DNA from: Octopus vulgaris | Taxonomy: Eukaryota | Assembly (NCBI GenBank): GCA_951406725.2 | Contig: OX597821.1 | Coordinates: 113,522,001-113,586,000 of the forward strand | Reading direction: 5' to 3' | DNA length: 64,000 bases | Translations under genes and position numbers: made by a program | Notes under the pieces: model-generated | The model's database searches: none | What the model was told of the DNA's origin: nothing | Seen by the model: the letters and a program-made list of their open reading frames with translations, nothing else | Shown: positions 24,036 through 36,409 of the stretch, in pieces | Numbering within the stretch: the first letter of the stretch is position 1 | Layout of the letters: each line of letters begins with the position of its first letter

Positions 24036-25060
24036 GTGAGTTAATGTTACGTTGTTTTTACTTGACAAAAAATGTGTTTGGTTTAAAACAAATCTCTCAT
24101 TTTACTTTTACTTTGAAAATCCCCTTAGACACATGAAAGGGCTGAAGACAGACACTTTCCTCTTTGGCCAAGCCCTCATCAACTCTTCTTTCAAGTTTCA
24201 CTTGAAAAAGAAAGTGAGGGTGGAAAGGGAAGCGATGCCTCCCAGCAATTTTGTTAAAAGGTTGGTGAATGTGGCAGGACTGGTCTGAGTGGAGAGGGCA
24301 CTTACCCTAGTTGTCCAAGCAAAACCATGGTTTTGTGGGGTCTCCGTGAGCAGCCCAAGGAAGTCTCCCTCTTTCGGGGAATTGTTTATCATTAGAATTT
24401 ATTCTGTTACTCTTTTACTACTTTTTACACACTTCTTTGTGTAACCCGACATTTTATTGCCCTGTACCACCACTAAGTTTCTGTGAACTCTTAGAGGTGC
24501 ATAAATAAAGTATTAGTGGTGATGGTGTAAGGTGGTGGCAAGTTGGCAGATTTGTTAGCGTGTCAAATCAAATACGAGCATTATAAGTTCAGATCCCACC
24601 AAGGTCAACTTTGCTTTTTGTCCTTTCATGGGTTGATAAGATAAATTGCCTGTCAAATACTGGGGTTGATGTAATCAACTAACCCCTCTCCTCCAAAACT
24701 GGTTAAGGATTCTCCTTGTCATTAAAAAGGAAAACAATCGTTATTGATATTTAAACAGTATTCTTCACTGGAATGTATTTAGACTTTGTTGAGAATTGTA
24801 CAGATGTTATAAAACAAAGCACAGTCTTCATCATATCATTCTCAACACCATCAAAATGCAATCCCTGGAAATACCGTTTCCTAATATTTACTGTGAAAGA
24901 GGAAATCCTTAAATTTGGGGGGGAGATGGGGATGTTTCAAAAGGGTGATGAACTATAGTTGATCAAATTCAATCATGATTGATTTTTGCCTCTCATCTCA
25001 GGTAGATCAATTAAAAATGTAACAAACTAATTTAATCAACTATACATCTTTTCTTCAAAC

Positions 25061-25275
25061 TTTGTACTCTCTTTCACCAGTGTGAGAAACTATTGTACTT
25101 TATCAGTATTCTAATTTGTACTCCCTTTCATGAATGTGAAAATGTATTGTACATTGTCAATAATTAATTAGTACTCTTTCATCAATGTGAAAAATTATTG
25201 TACTTGGTCAGTAATCTAATTTGTACTCCCTTTCACCACTATCAGAAATTATTGTACCTTCTCAGTTAACTAATC
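25061..25275 (+). repeat. ~54-bp degenerate minisatellite, 4 units
   Basis: TTGTACTCCCTTTCA....TGTGA.AAA.TATTGTAC...TCAGTA..CTAAT repeated. Confidence 0.8.
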
Positions 25276-25384
25276 AGAAGATTTCTTTGTACATTACTTT
25301 TAAAGAGATTTGTTTTCAAGTTCAACCATAAACTGTTTGCAATAATTGAAAGCAGTAAAAGAATAAAAACTTTTCATCTTTCAG

Positions 25385-25469
25385 AGTACAGCTGAGAGTC
25401 CACTTTTCCCTTGGGCAAGAGATGATAATTTAATTTTTATTGCTGAACAAGTCTCACATCACCCACCAA
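25385..25469 (+). CDS. OSBPL9: OSBPL9 exon with the OSBP signature EQVSHHPP
   Basis: STAESPLFPWARDDNLIFIAEQVSHHPP; tttcag and a|gtaaat splice sites. Confidence 0.96.
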
Positions 25470-25502
25470 GTAAATACAGCTTTATTTCTCTTTCAAGTAC
25501 TT

Positions 25503-25731
25503 TTAATCCTTTCGTTACCAACCCAGCTGAAACCACCTCTGACTCCGTACTACAAATGTCTTCTTTTCTTAAGTTTTGAATTAAAATCTTCCACCAAACC
25601 TTAGTCACAATTTATGTTCCTAACACTAGCTGAATGGTAACTAAGTTATTTTACTAAATTCTTTGTTATATTTAAAGTAATTGAAAGAAACACAGAACAT
25701 CTCAACAGAAATATGGTAACAAAAGGGTTAA
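25503..25731. mobile_element. TTAA-flanked piggyBac-type MITE (~230 bp); copies at 33031-33244, 40185-40407, 47961-48196, 48220-48447, 49175-49403, partial 10834-11001 and ~8040-8247
   Basis: TTAA-CCCTTTCGTTAC...GTAACGAAAGGG-TTAA termini with a shared interior. Confidence 0.85.
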
Positions 25732-26792
25732 CTACCTTTTCTCTTCATTAGGAGTTAGTGGAACTGTTTGTAGCTAGAAAGGCCCCAATGAAGTTAAAAA
25801 AATTTAAAACCATTAGTTTCATCAAGTATGCATTAATGAATTATTCTCTCCCTCTCTCACACACACTCTTTTTGCCTGGTAAAACCAATATCTAGTAATC
25901 TAAATATAACATTGACATAGAATTGACATTAGAATCTCACCCAAATCTATTCTGTGGATCACTAAGGACTTTTGGAAAGGCATTGCCTCACAACTTTCTC
26001 TCAAAATTGGTCAAGTTAATTATCCATTGTTAGATGTTTTGATGAGGCCTTTTACAGCAGTTTATTAAAAGTTTTGATTGATTTTTCATACAATGATCAA
26101 TAGAAAAGTCTGTACAATCTACTCTTTTTTTTCTCAGTGATAATCACAATTATATTTGATGTAAACCTTTTGTTGTTGTTGTATACATCAGCTTACTTAA
26201 ATGCTAATATTTTCTTTTCTGTATATAGTCTCAGAGTATGTTTATCATGTTGTATAGTTTAAACTAATTAATTAGTTGTTTATTTCAACCTAATTGATAT
26301 TTGGTGATATCTAAAATGGTTATCTGTTAAAAAAATAGGAGGTGGCAAGTAGCATTGTTCTCTTGAATTTTATGGTAACTTTATCATCTTACGTCCGTTG
26401 TTTAATTTTGTAATATTCTTTTGTATTCAACTCATTCATACTCATGTTAGTGAAAGTTACTTTAGATTCAAATTTTGCTGTGTCTTGGGTGAGTCATTGC
26501 ATCAGTAATAACACATGTGCTGGTTCAATTTCACTTCAATGAAAAAAACTTTGACTACAAACAACTGATTGATTGTTTAACCAAGACATTGAACAAATGA
26601 TTGATTAGTTAGATGATGAGATATTTAACCAATTGACTAACAATAAAGAAGTGGAATTGAACCTGTGCATGTGTTATCATTGGCATAATGATCCACCCCC
26701 TACAAGACACAACAAAATATTTTCGAATGTTTATATTTAATTGTATTTATATTTGTTTGAGTTGTATTGAATTTTTTTTTCCTTTTGTCCAG

Positions 26793-26967
26793 TCTCTGCC
26801 TTCTATGCAGAACACTACGATAAAAGAATCAGCTTGGATGGATACATATGGACGAAATCTAAATTTCTTGGTTTGTCCATCGGTGTTCATATGATTGGGC
26901 AAGCTGTTCTATCAGTCACAGATTATGAGGAAGAGTACATATTCACATTTCCAAATGGTTATGGAAG
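26793..26967 (+). CDS. OSBPL9: OSBPL9 exon (ISAFYAEH...[19 protein letters not shown]...FPNGYGR)
   Basis: ORP9-type sequence; gtccag and ag|gttagt splice sites. Confidence 0.96.
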
Positions 26968-27115
26968 GTTAGTAGAGGAGTTTTATTTCATAACTATGAT
27001 GATATTTGTCTTAAAAATTCATTTCAGACACTTGAGTTTCATTTTCTCTTCATAAAATATGCAAACATTTTAATAACTGGAATGTTAACGTTTATTATTA
27101 TTGTTATTGTTGTTA

Positions 27116-27680
27116 TTGAGTGAGAGAGCAGTGCATGCCACCAAAGTGAGACAGGGGTAAAATACATGAAGTCCAGTATATACCCATCATGACTACTCAT
27201 CTGATAAGGGTACACCAGGTACATGTATCACAACCACATGTGTGGAACATGATAATCTCATATCAAGATAAATAGCACATGACCTTGCAGGTGAGGTCCA
27301 GTTAGAATATTCTTCAGGTCGAGTAGCCCATCCTGCTCAAAAGGACACTGAATAAGGGTTGTTTAAGGATGTTGAACGAAACACCCATGTTTCCAAAGGG
27401 GAAGTATCCAAACCCCAAAGAATTTCTCGCAACACTTGGCTAATAATGCTCCTCCACTACTTCTGCTAGTGATCAGAGATGCACATATCGTCAGCCACTA
27501 GGGGACATGCTCAACTGGTTATGGTCAAGCAACTGACAAGCAAATCTGTGGTATTGAGCAGAATATTTGCTGTAGCCCATCTTTTATACCAAGACAAAAC
27601 AATGTACATGTTAACACTTCCAATCAGTTAAGATCAGAAGCCATGAGAGCCACTGCCTGGTACTGCATCAGGGCATTTAC
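27116..27680. repeat. ~560-bp GC-richer non-coding repeat embedded in an (ATT)n tract
   Basis: Abrupt compositional change with (TAT)n on both sides; family not identified. Confidence 0.5.
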
Positions 27681-28523
27681 TATTATTATTATTATTATTA
27701 TTATTATTATGATTATTATTACTACTACTACTTCCAAAACGTAAGATGTTGGGTTTTTTTTTATTAAAGGTAAGAGGAAATGAAACATTTTGTTTTTGTG
27801 CAGCTCACAAGACTAAAAACCTCCTCAGCTTGTGGGGTTACTGTAGAGAGGGAGGTAGCTTTATGCTCTGTTGAAGTGTGAGAGAAGGACCAGAACCAAA
27901 CAGGTTTTTTGCTGTACAGGAGCCACATGGTTACTAATATTATAGGAGAGAAGATGAGGTGAAGCTGGAATGAGGAATAAAGTAAAGGTGAACTGTCAGG
28001 ATGAACCATGAAGGTATAAGAAAGTAAACGGGGGTGGTGACAGAAAAACAGAGAGTGAGAGTGGAGAGAGCGATGGATGTTTAGTGATGGGTAATGGGTA
28101 AGAGCATGGGGTGAAATATAATGAAGGACAAGGGTTGAGGATCGGTTGATGATAGATATACATTCGAGGGAAGGCAAGGAAGAACAAGTGATGACTGTAG
28201 AGATTGGGTGGAGTTCAGGAGTGGAAATAGTAAATGGTGGATGAGGGTGGAAGGATGGTTGATGATACTTATGAAATGGGAGAGTAAGCAATGACTGTCA
28301 TCAAAAGACATGAAATCATGATTTATGAAAATTTATGCCAATATGCAAAATAAAATCATTTTGTAGAATAATGGTATTTTAAGTGTAATTCAATTTATTA
28401 CACAATATTTGTGTACGAGCTGACAGAATCATTAGCACACTGGGCAAAATGCCTAACAGCAGCATTTCATCTGTCTTTATGTTCTTTGTTCATTCTTTCA
28501 AGGCCTATAAAATAAGTACCAGT

Positions 28524-29318
28524 AGAGGGTCATAGCCCAACTGATTAGGGAGAGAGTCAGCTTGGATGAGATGCAGTTTGGTTTCGTGTCAGGGAAAAGC
28601 ACCGCTGATGCCATATTTCTGGTAAGACAGCTGCAGGAGAAATACCTAGCCAAAGATAAGCCCCTGTACCTAATGAGACCATAACCTATGGCCTATGTCA
28701 AGAGCGTAACCAGCCCGCTTATGCATACCTTTTCCTTCTTTGGTCACTAAACTCTGCTTGCGAAGACCTGTTGAGGCAAGTGAAATCAAAATCAAATTCA
28801 ATGACTGGCATCCATGCTAGCTGGGTGCAAAGAGCACCATACAAGTGTGATCGTTTGACAGAGCGGGTAACCGGCTTCCGTGCCAGCGGCACATAAAAGG
28901 GCACCATTTGAGCATGATCGTTACCAACGTCGCCTTACTGGCACCTGTGCTGGTGGCATGTGTAAAAAGATTTGAGCGAGGTCATTGCCAGTACCGCCTG
29001 ACTGGCCCCCATGCCGTGGCACATAAAAGGGCACCATTCAAGCGTGATCATTACCAACTTCGCCTGACTGGCACCTGTGCCAGTGGCATGTGTAAAAAAT
29101 ATTCAAGCGAGGTCATTGCCAGTAGCACCTGAGTGGCACGTAAAAAGCACCCACTACACTCTCTGAGTGGTTGGCGTTAGGAAGGGCATCCATCTCTAGA
29201 AACTCTGCCAGATCAAGATTGGAGCCTGGTGCAGCCATCTGGTTCGCCAGCCCTCAGTCAAAATCATCCAACCCATACTAGCATGGAAAGTGGACATTAA
29301 ACAATGATGATGATGATG
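28524..29318 (+). mobile_element. Internally deleted RTE LINE (RT fragment fused to a repeat-containing 3' UTR) nested in a SINE B
   Basis: RVIAQLIRERVSLDEMQFGFVSGKSTADAIFLVRQLQEKYLAKDKPLYL at 28526-28672, then ~60-bp GGCACNTAAAA..GCACCAT subrepeats and (GAT)n. SINE B halves flank it. Confidence 0.88.
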
Positions 29319-29480
29319 TGTACTGGGGTTGATGTAATCAACTTACCCCCTCCTCAGAAATTGCTAGCCTTGTACCAAAATTTGAAATCAGTGTGTGTGT
29401 GTGTGGACATGCGTATGTTATCTATAGCTGTTGAACTAATCTATATATGTCTTTAAATAACTTTTCTTATTTTCTTACAG

Positions 29481-29577
29481 GTCCATTTTAACAGTTCCTT
29501 GGGTTGAGCTTGGTGGTAAAGTCTCTTTGACTTGTCCAAAGAGTGGCTATAGTGCAAATATTGAATTTCATACGAAG
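29481..29577 (+). CDS. OSBPL9: OSBPL9 exon ([14 protein letters not shown]...[12 protein letters not shown])
   Basis: ORP9/10/11 motif [12 protein letters not shown]; ttacag and aag|gttggt splice sites. Confidence 0.96.
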
Positions 29578-31440
29578 GTTGGTGTACAGGAATCTTTTAA
29601 AGAATTACTTAAACTTTCATTTGTATATGACCCTTAACAGCTTAAAATAATAGCTCTCTATCATACAAAGTAGCATGTTTTGTTTCCAATTTTCCATAAA
29701 AACATGTCAGACGATGGGGAAATATTAGCTTGTTTGGAAACAGGTGAAGATTGGCAACAGGAAGGGCATCCAGCTTTAGAAAATCTTCCTTGATAAATCC
29801 CATCTCCACCATGCAAGCATTGAAAAGGAAAAAAATATGGTATTTTGTAACTTAAAAGGCATAAGAGCGACAGAAATAGTTTTGCCAAACTGAATGGTAG
29901 TGTTGAGTTATGTCCCTTCATCTCTGAGTTAAAACACCCCTGAAGTTGACAATCTGTTTATCAACACCATGAATTAACTACCTGCAATGTACTGGGGATT
30001 GATTCAGTTAACTGTGTCCTTTGTGTGACTTAGTGCCAAAATTACATGTTAGTATTTACAAACATAGGTTATCCAACGCTTAAATTGACATAATTTATGC
30101 AAGAAAGACTCCAACCCATGCTAGCATGGAAAGCGGACGCTAAATGATGATGATGATGATGATGATAGACATTCTATTCATCATCATTATTGTGTTAACA
30201 TTCACTTTTCCATCCTTGAATAAGACAAAACTTGTTGAGGTAGATTTTGTATGGCAGGATGTTCTTCCTGTTGCCAAGCAAGGCAGTAACTCCGAATGAC
30301 CAGACATATTGTTAACGAAGAATGGAAATGCGCAAAAGCATCTGAATAAGGGTGACACTTGTTTACAGCCATCATCTGATGCCAAGACAGAGACACACAC
30401 ACAACAGGATTCCTTCAGATTCCACCTGTCAAATCCATTCACAAGATTTTGGTTGACCCAGGGCTTATAGTAGAAGACAGTTGCCTGAGGTGCCATGCAG
30501 TGGGATTGAACCCAAACCCATGTGGTTGGGAAGTGGACTAAGCCACACCTGCACCTACCGTTGTTGTTCTGAATTTCATAAATCAGTATGTCTATCTCAC
30601 TATAACCTTTACATCATCACCTCCTCCAATGTCACCTCCCCTCTTAAAAGTTTTTGTCTTGCAAGTACTTGGTGACCTTGTCAGTGCAGGTGCCCTCACT
30701 GTAAAGTGGTTGGTGTTAGGAAGGGCATCCAGCTGTAGAAACCTTGCCAAAAATTACCTCACCTGTGCTTGTGCCACGTAAAAAGCACTACTCACCTAAT
30801 CTTGCCAAAACCATCCCAGAAGCCCAGTGCAGGCTTCAGCCTGGCCAGCTCTTCCGGTACCATCCTACCCTTACTAACATGGAACACAGGCTTTTTAAAG
30901 GGCTGGGACAAATTATGTGCATACCTTGTTGGGTGTCATTGCAAAAAGACTTGTTAATTTTCCAAATTTATAAGTATGTAATTTACATCAAATTGCTATT
31001 TTATTCTTAAAGTTCAACTGTTTTTATGGATGTTTTTCTTTTATAGATTTTTAAAGAAGGTTATTAATATATGGTTCCCTTAATGGTCACAGCTATTACA
31101 AGGGAGATAATCATTTCATCAAAATATGAAGCTAGATAAGAAATTTAAATTTGAAATTATGGAATTATATGAATGAAAGATGCATAGAATTCACATGTTT
31201 AAATTTTATTTGTTTACTTAATACAAAGTTATTAAGATTTATTAAAATTTTGAGTTCTTGGCAATCATGTACAGTACCATTGCATCCTTTTTAGAAATCA
31301 TCAATATGATTTACATGGGAGGTAAACATTTCAGCAGGCAGCGAGTTCCTCCACTCTTAGTCTAACATAATTAGAATTATTGTTGTACTTCCTTAAATCT
31401 GTTTTGGTTTTATATATGTATTTTTAATTATTCCACACAG

Positions 31441-31563
31441 CCTTTTTATGGTGGTAAGAAACATAGGATCACAGCTGAAATTCTGGCAGCTAATGAGAAA
31501 AAACCCTTTTGTAGTATTGAAGGTGAATGGAATGGTGTAATGTATGCTAAACATTCATCAGGA
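31441..31563 (+). CDS. OSBPL9: OSBPL9 exon ([14 protein letters not shown]...[12 protein letters not shown])
   Basis: ORP9 motif; cacag and gga|gtaagt splice sites. Confidence 0.96.
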
Positions 31564-32630
31564 GTAAGTAGATGCCTCACCGTTTCATTTTTTATTCTTG
31601 CTTAAAGCTTTTCACTTATTTTAAAATTTAGCATCAAGTCTTCATTATTGAATATATTTTCTTTGTCCATATTTCAACCAAATTCTTAATACAAATAAGA
31701 ATTTTCCAGGCTTGTTCTTATTTTAGCTTTCTATTGAATTTTGTTGGTTGTCATATAAATTTGTATCATTATTGTTGTCGTCATCATTCAACATCTATTT
31801 CCCATGCTAGCATGGGTTGGATGGTTTGATAGGAGCTGGCAAGCCAGAAGGCTACACCAGGCTCCAGGTGTCTGTTTTGGCATGGTTTCTATGGCTGGAT
31901 GCCCTTAACACCAAGACTTTATGGAGTGTGCTGAGTGCTTTTCATGTGGTACCAGCACAAGTGCTTTTGGAAATGATAGGCAAGTAATGTTGACATAAAT
32001 CAGATATGAAGTGAAACTAAAAATTATGTATATGGGTGTTAGGAAAGGTACCCAACCATGGAAACCATGCCAAAACAGACAAGAGAGCCTGCACTGGCCA
32101 GCTCCTGTCAAACGGCCCAACCCAGCTTGAAAAACAGACGTTAAGTGATGATGATGGTATGTGTGTGTATGTGATGAAATTACTTTACTCACAGAGTCGT
32201 TCATCAGAGGAACATCAATTTCTGTCTTGTGTCACAGTCTCAACATATGTCACATTTTTTTTTTTTTTATGTCTAATACCCATATCTACTCCTCTTGAAA
32301 CACATCCTACTTCTTTGAAACGTATATTCTGATTGCACTTGAAGTTGAAGGAAGAAGAGATGTGGTGAGTTGTCTATCAGAACTGGTTTAAATTTTATAT
32401 ATGCACCCAGCCATTGTGAGAAATGGAATGGTAAGGAAGGTTACAGATAAGTTATAGTTGAGGTAGTGCAGTGTAAGATTCGTATCCATATGTGGAATCT
32501 TAGATATTCTGTTTCTGGTGAGACTGTGAAAATATTAGTTTCTCTAGTAAATATAATGCCAACATATTCGAAATAGTTGCTGCTGAATTTGTTTTGTTTT
32601 ATTTTTGTTTCTATTCTTAATAAATTTCAG

Positions 32631-32722
32631 ATGAATGATGTATTTGTTGACACCAAACGAATGCCAATAATAAAGAAACAAGTACAAGAACTTGACAAAC
32701 AAGATGATATGGAATCTCGAAA
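32631..32722 (+). CDS. OSBPL9: OSBPL9 exon (DVFVDTKRMPIIKKQV...MESR)
   Basis: tttcag and aa|gtaaga splice sites; phase 0-2 fits. Confidence 0.93.
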
Positions 32723-34169
32723 GTAAGAAATTATATTTCAAATTTCTTTCTTTTATAAATTTCAGTGACATTTTGTTGTTACATGGCATTGTTTTATATT
32801 CTTCTAGTACTTCTAGTACTAAGTTTGTATTGAAGAACCTGTGGCTCTCCAATACAAGCTCATTGTTTTAAAATGGTTTTTAATTATATTAAAATTAATG
32901 ACTAAGGTTTTTGTTTTTGTAATTACTAAGGAAGACAAAATTAGTGTATCTCTCTGAAAATTCTTTTAACTTCTTCAAACTTAACGAGATCAAATTCTAA
33001 TGATTACAATTTTAAAATTTCCATCTGGCTTTAACCCTTTCTTTACTGTCTTTATTTTGAGATGCTCTATGTTTCTTTCAATTAATCTTAAATATAACAA
33101 AGAATTTAGTAAAATAACTTAGTTATCATTAAGCTAGTGTTAGGATCATAAATTGTGACTAAGGTTTGGTGGAAGATTTTAATTCAAAACTTATGGAAAC
33201 AAGATATTTGTACTCAGAGCCAGAACTGGTAATGAAAGGATTAATTAACTAATTTCATGCCTTGTGCCTAGAGTAGAAAGGAATAAAGGTGGTCCTCTCT
33301 ACATGAAGTGCAAGGCCTGAAATCTTGGGTGGGAAGGGGCTAATCAATTACAGTAGCATCCCCACTGCTTGACTCTTACTTATTTTATCAGTTCTGAAAA
33401 GGATGAAAGGCCAATTTGAACTCAGAACATAAAGCCAGAGAAATGTCACTAAGCACTTTGTCTAGCGCAGTAACAATTCTGACAGCTCAATGCCTTCATC
33501 AACATAATAATAACTCTGCTTGTTATCATCATTTTATATTTTGTTTCTCCATGCTGGCATGGGTTGGATAGATCTGTCTCAATACAGTACATTGCTACGG
33601 AGGTCCTGTTGCTGGATGCCTGTATTCCTGGAGATTACATCAGGGTAGGAGAGTGTGCACCCTCTGGTATCACGAGTAGATGGCTTCCAGAGGAGAAGAG
33701 TAGAAATTGCCTCGTTTTCAGCTCTACAACAATGTCCAGCAAACTGGACTCCTACCTTTCACAAGAGATGATACATGTGGTAATTTCCCATATACTTGTA
33801 CTTTGGTTGGATGAAGCTTCCACGAGAGATTTCACTTCTAACTTTCACCCTTCATTCTCAGATAAATATAGCCATTCAGCATTTTGACCAGCCATATCAG
33901 CTCCAAACATTCTACCTCTTTTATATTCAAACACGCCAGATTCAGCCTCTCACACCTATCCACAATGTCATTCTAAGATTCAGCAATCATATCACTGATA
34001 TATTAAAGCTACAAAATAATGTGTGATTACTTCAAAAGAATATTTGAGGGAATATTCTAAATGCTAACAAATTAATTAACTATTATTGTAAGGTCAACAT
34101 TCTGTTGTATTTTTAATTTAACTTTATTAATTAATATAACTTTTTTTCTTTTTCTTAATTGATCTTCAG

Positions 34170-34305
34170 TCTATGGAGAGATGTTACTTATAACTTGAAG
34201 ATCAAAAATATTAACAGTGCAACTGAAGCGAAGCATCATCTGGAACAACGGCAGCGAGATGAAGCCAAAGAACGGAAAGAAAAGGGATTAGTTTGGGAAA
34301 CTAAA
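34170..34305 (+). CDS. OSBPL9: OSBPL9 exon ([10 protein letters not shown]...[21 protein letters not shown]...WETK)
   Basis: Conserved C-terminal ORD helix; cttcag and aaa|gtaagc splice sites. Confidence 0.96.
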
Positions 34306-35025
34306 GTAAGCACATCTGAGCTTTTAGTAATAATGCATTCTTCTCATTTTATTCTCTCAGATGTTTAATTATTTTTATTTCTTTATCATTTTGAGTTTTT
34401 TCTTCTTTTTTTTTGATAAACACTTTTTTAGCTAGAATTCAACAACAACAGAAATTATCATTCCACTATTTTTTTGAGGTTTTTTACTTTCCCAATTAAG
34501 AAACTTGTCTAAGAGTCTTTTCAGCATCTTCCTGGCAAATGGATCATTTGTTTTGATCACAGGTTTATTGATCTATACATCAACATTAGTTTAATGTATA
34601 TTTGCCTCAGGTCTGCCCTGACCCCTTTTTCTAACTTGAAGGACATTTGGCTGTTACTTCTAGCAAGTCAAGCTATTTCATGTACATCCTATCATTTGCT
34701 CTGTGTTTCATATTAACACAAGTTGAACTGGGTATATAGTTAGCTATAAATTGACCTGTTGTTAAACAAAACAATTTTTAATACCATTCGGCATGTGCTT
34801 GAGTGTTGTGCCTCCAACAAGTAAGACTGTTGAAGATGGACATCATTGAAATCTTAACATAATGAAACAGACTTGTGTGTTTCACTTTAAACCAGCTGAA
34901 CTATGGAAGACAATCAAAAATTTAATCAAAATAGCTATCTGAATATAATAGTTAATGTATACATACTGTGAGAAGGTATGTTGCTGTAGAATTGTCTGAG
35001 ATAAAATATCTTATGTTAAAAATGC

Positions 35026-35080
<55 letters not shown>

Positions 35081-35807
35081 CAGTGAGGTGAACATTATCA
35101 TAACAGTGATTTACGATTAATGATAGATGCATTCTGTTTCGCTAAAGCTTGTCAATGCTGTGCATCTGACAGTCACCTGCTTAAATGAAATTTGTCTCAA
35201 TATATAGCAAATGGTCAATAATATAATACATTCACTGATATTGCAGAAAACTTGCTGGGCTGAAGAAAAACTCAGTATTTGCAGTTGAAACAACTTTAAA
35301 TTACTATCATCTTCTGTGTCTCATACTGAATGTATAAACACCATTAGAAGGCAAGATACTGTGGAATTATCTAGAACTATCTGAGATAAAATCTCTTTGA
35401 CCTGTGTTAAAAACACGGTATATATTGAAGTGAGGCAAATATTGTCACAGCAGTGACTTACAGAAACAAGAAATGGATTTCACTTTTGTTGAGGCTTGAT
35501 AATGCCATGCACGTGTTCATCATCATCATCGTCATCATTTAATGTCCGTTTTCCATGTTGGTACAGATTGGAGGGTTTGACAGGAGCTGTTAAACTGGAG
35601 AGCTGCACTAGGTTCCTGGTGCCTGATTTGACATGGTTTCTATATCTAGGTGCCCTTCCTAAAACCAACCACTTTACAGGGTGAAGCTTGATGGTTACAG
35701 GAAAAACTCAGTGTACACAATTGAATGATTATCAAAGTAAATTCTACTTAAAGAATTCTTTATCATAAAATAAAAACAACATAAAACATTTGATAAACAC
35801 TTGTTTG

Positions 35808-36210
35808 GGGTCTTTTCGGTTTGAACGGCATAATTTCTAGGTAACTAAAAAATTTTAAACTTTGTATACTGGTAGAACATGTTTATAAAACATCTTTTTC
35901 TCTTGGCTTTATTGAGAAAATTCTATGGTTTGTAAGATATTTGTTGTTGTTTTTTCTTCAATTTCTGCAATTTCAACCAATCACTGACGTTTATTGAGGT
36001 AAAAAAAACATTCTGTGCCGTATGAATATGTCTCTCGTGTAAGAAACCGATTGGGTTTATTTACATTTGTGAAGAAAAAAAGATACCCTTCTCCCACCCC
36101 TAACCCTAAAACAGATTGAAATGCAATAGATCGATACAAGGGTCATAATTATGGGTGACAATTTCATATGACACCGCTAGAAAAAACTGCCGTTCAAACC
36201 GAAAAGATCC
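35808..36210. mobile_element. DNA-transposon MITE with ~23-bp TIRs and an 8-bp TSD (Merlin-like)
   Basis: GGGTCTTTTCGGTTTGAACGGCA / TGCCGTTCAAACCGAAAAGATCC, flanked by CTTGTTTG at 35800-35807 and 36211-36218. Confidence 0.85.
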
Positions 36211-36295
36211 CTTGTTTGTGTTTATACTCTACATGTATATAGATGTTTCTTTGATGATATCCATAATCCATAGAAATCTTTTTTTCCATTTTCAG

Positions 36296-36409
36296 TACTT
36301 CCATGAAGTAGGAGAACATTGGGTCTACGACAATCCGTTACTGAAGAGAGTCCCACCCAAGTCATCAGCTGGCAACACCAATCCTGCCTTACAGCAACAA
36401 AGCACATGA
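36296..36409 (+). CDS. OSBPL9: OSBPL9 terminal coding exon (YFHEVGEHWVYDNPLLKR...QQST*)
   Basis: tttcag acceptor, FHE.GE.WVYD.PLLKR motif, TGA at 36407-36409. Confidence 0.93.
   Translation, partial: YFHEVGEHWVYDNPLLKRVPPKSSAGNTNPALQQQST

Noticed and set aside
27600-27680. HDV-like ribozyme at the end of the (ATT)n-embedded repeat
   Set aside because: Could not build P1/P2/P3 pairings by eye on either strand.
27764-28291. 175-aa H/S/P/L-rich ORF
   Set aside because: Arises from pyrimidine-rich low-complexity sequence antisense to an intron; no recognisable domain.
28860-29150. CRISPR-like array of regularly spaced GGCAC.TAAAA..GCACC repeats (also 51420-51700, 62590-62820, 63690-63990)
   Set aside because: The spacers are themselves similar, there are no cas genes and the context is eukaryotic; these are RTE 3'-UTR subrepeats.
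32170-32215. Minus-strand CTGATGA followed by an ACTC/GAGT hairpin
   Set aside because: GAAAC..UH and stem I are missing.
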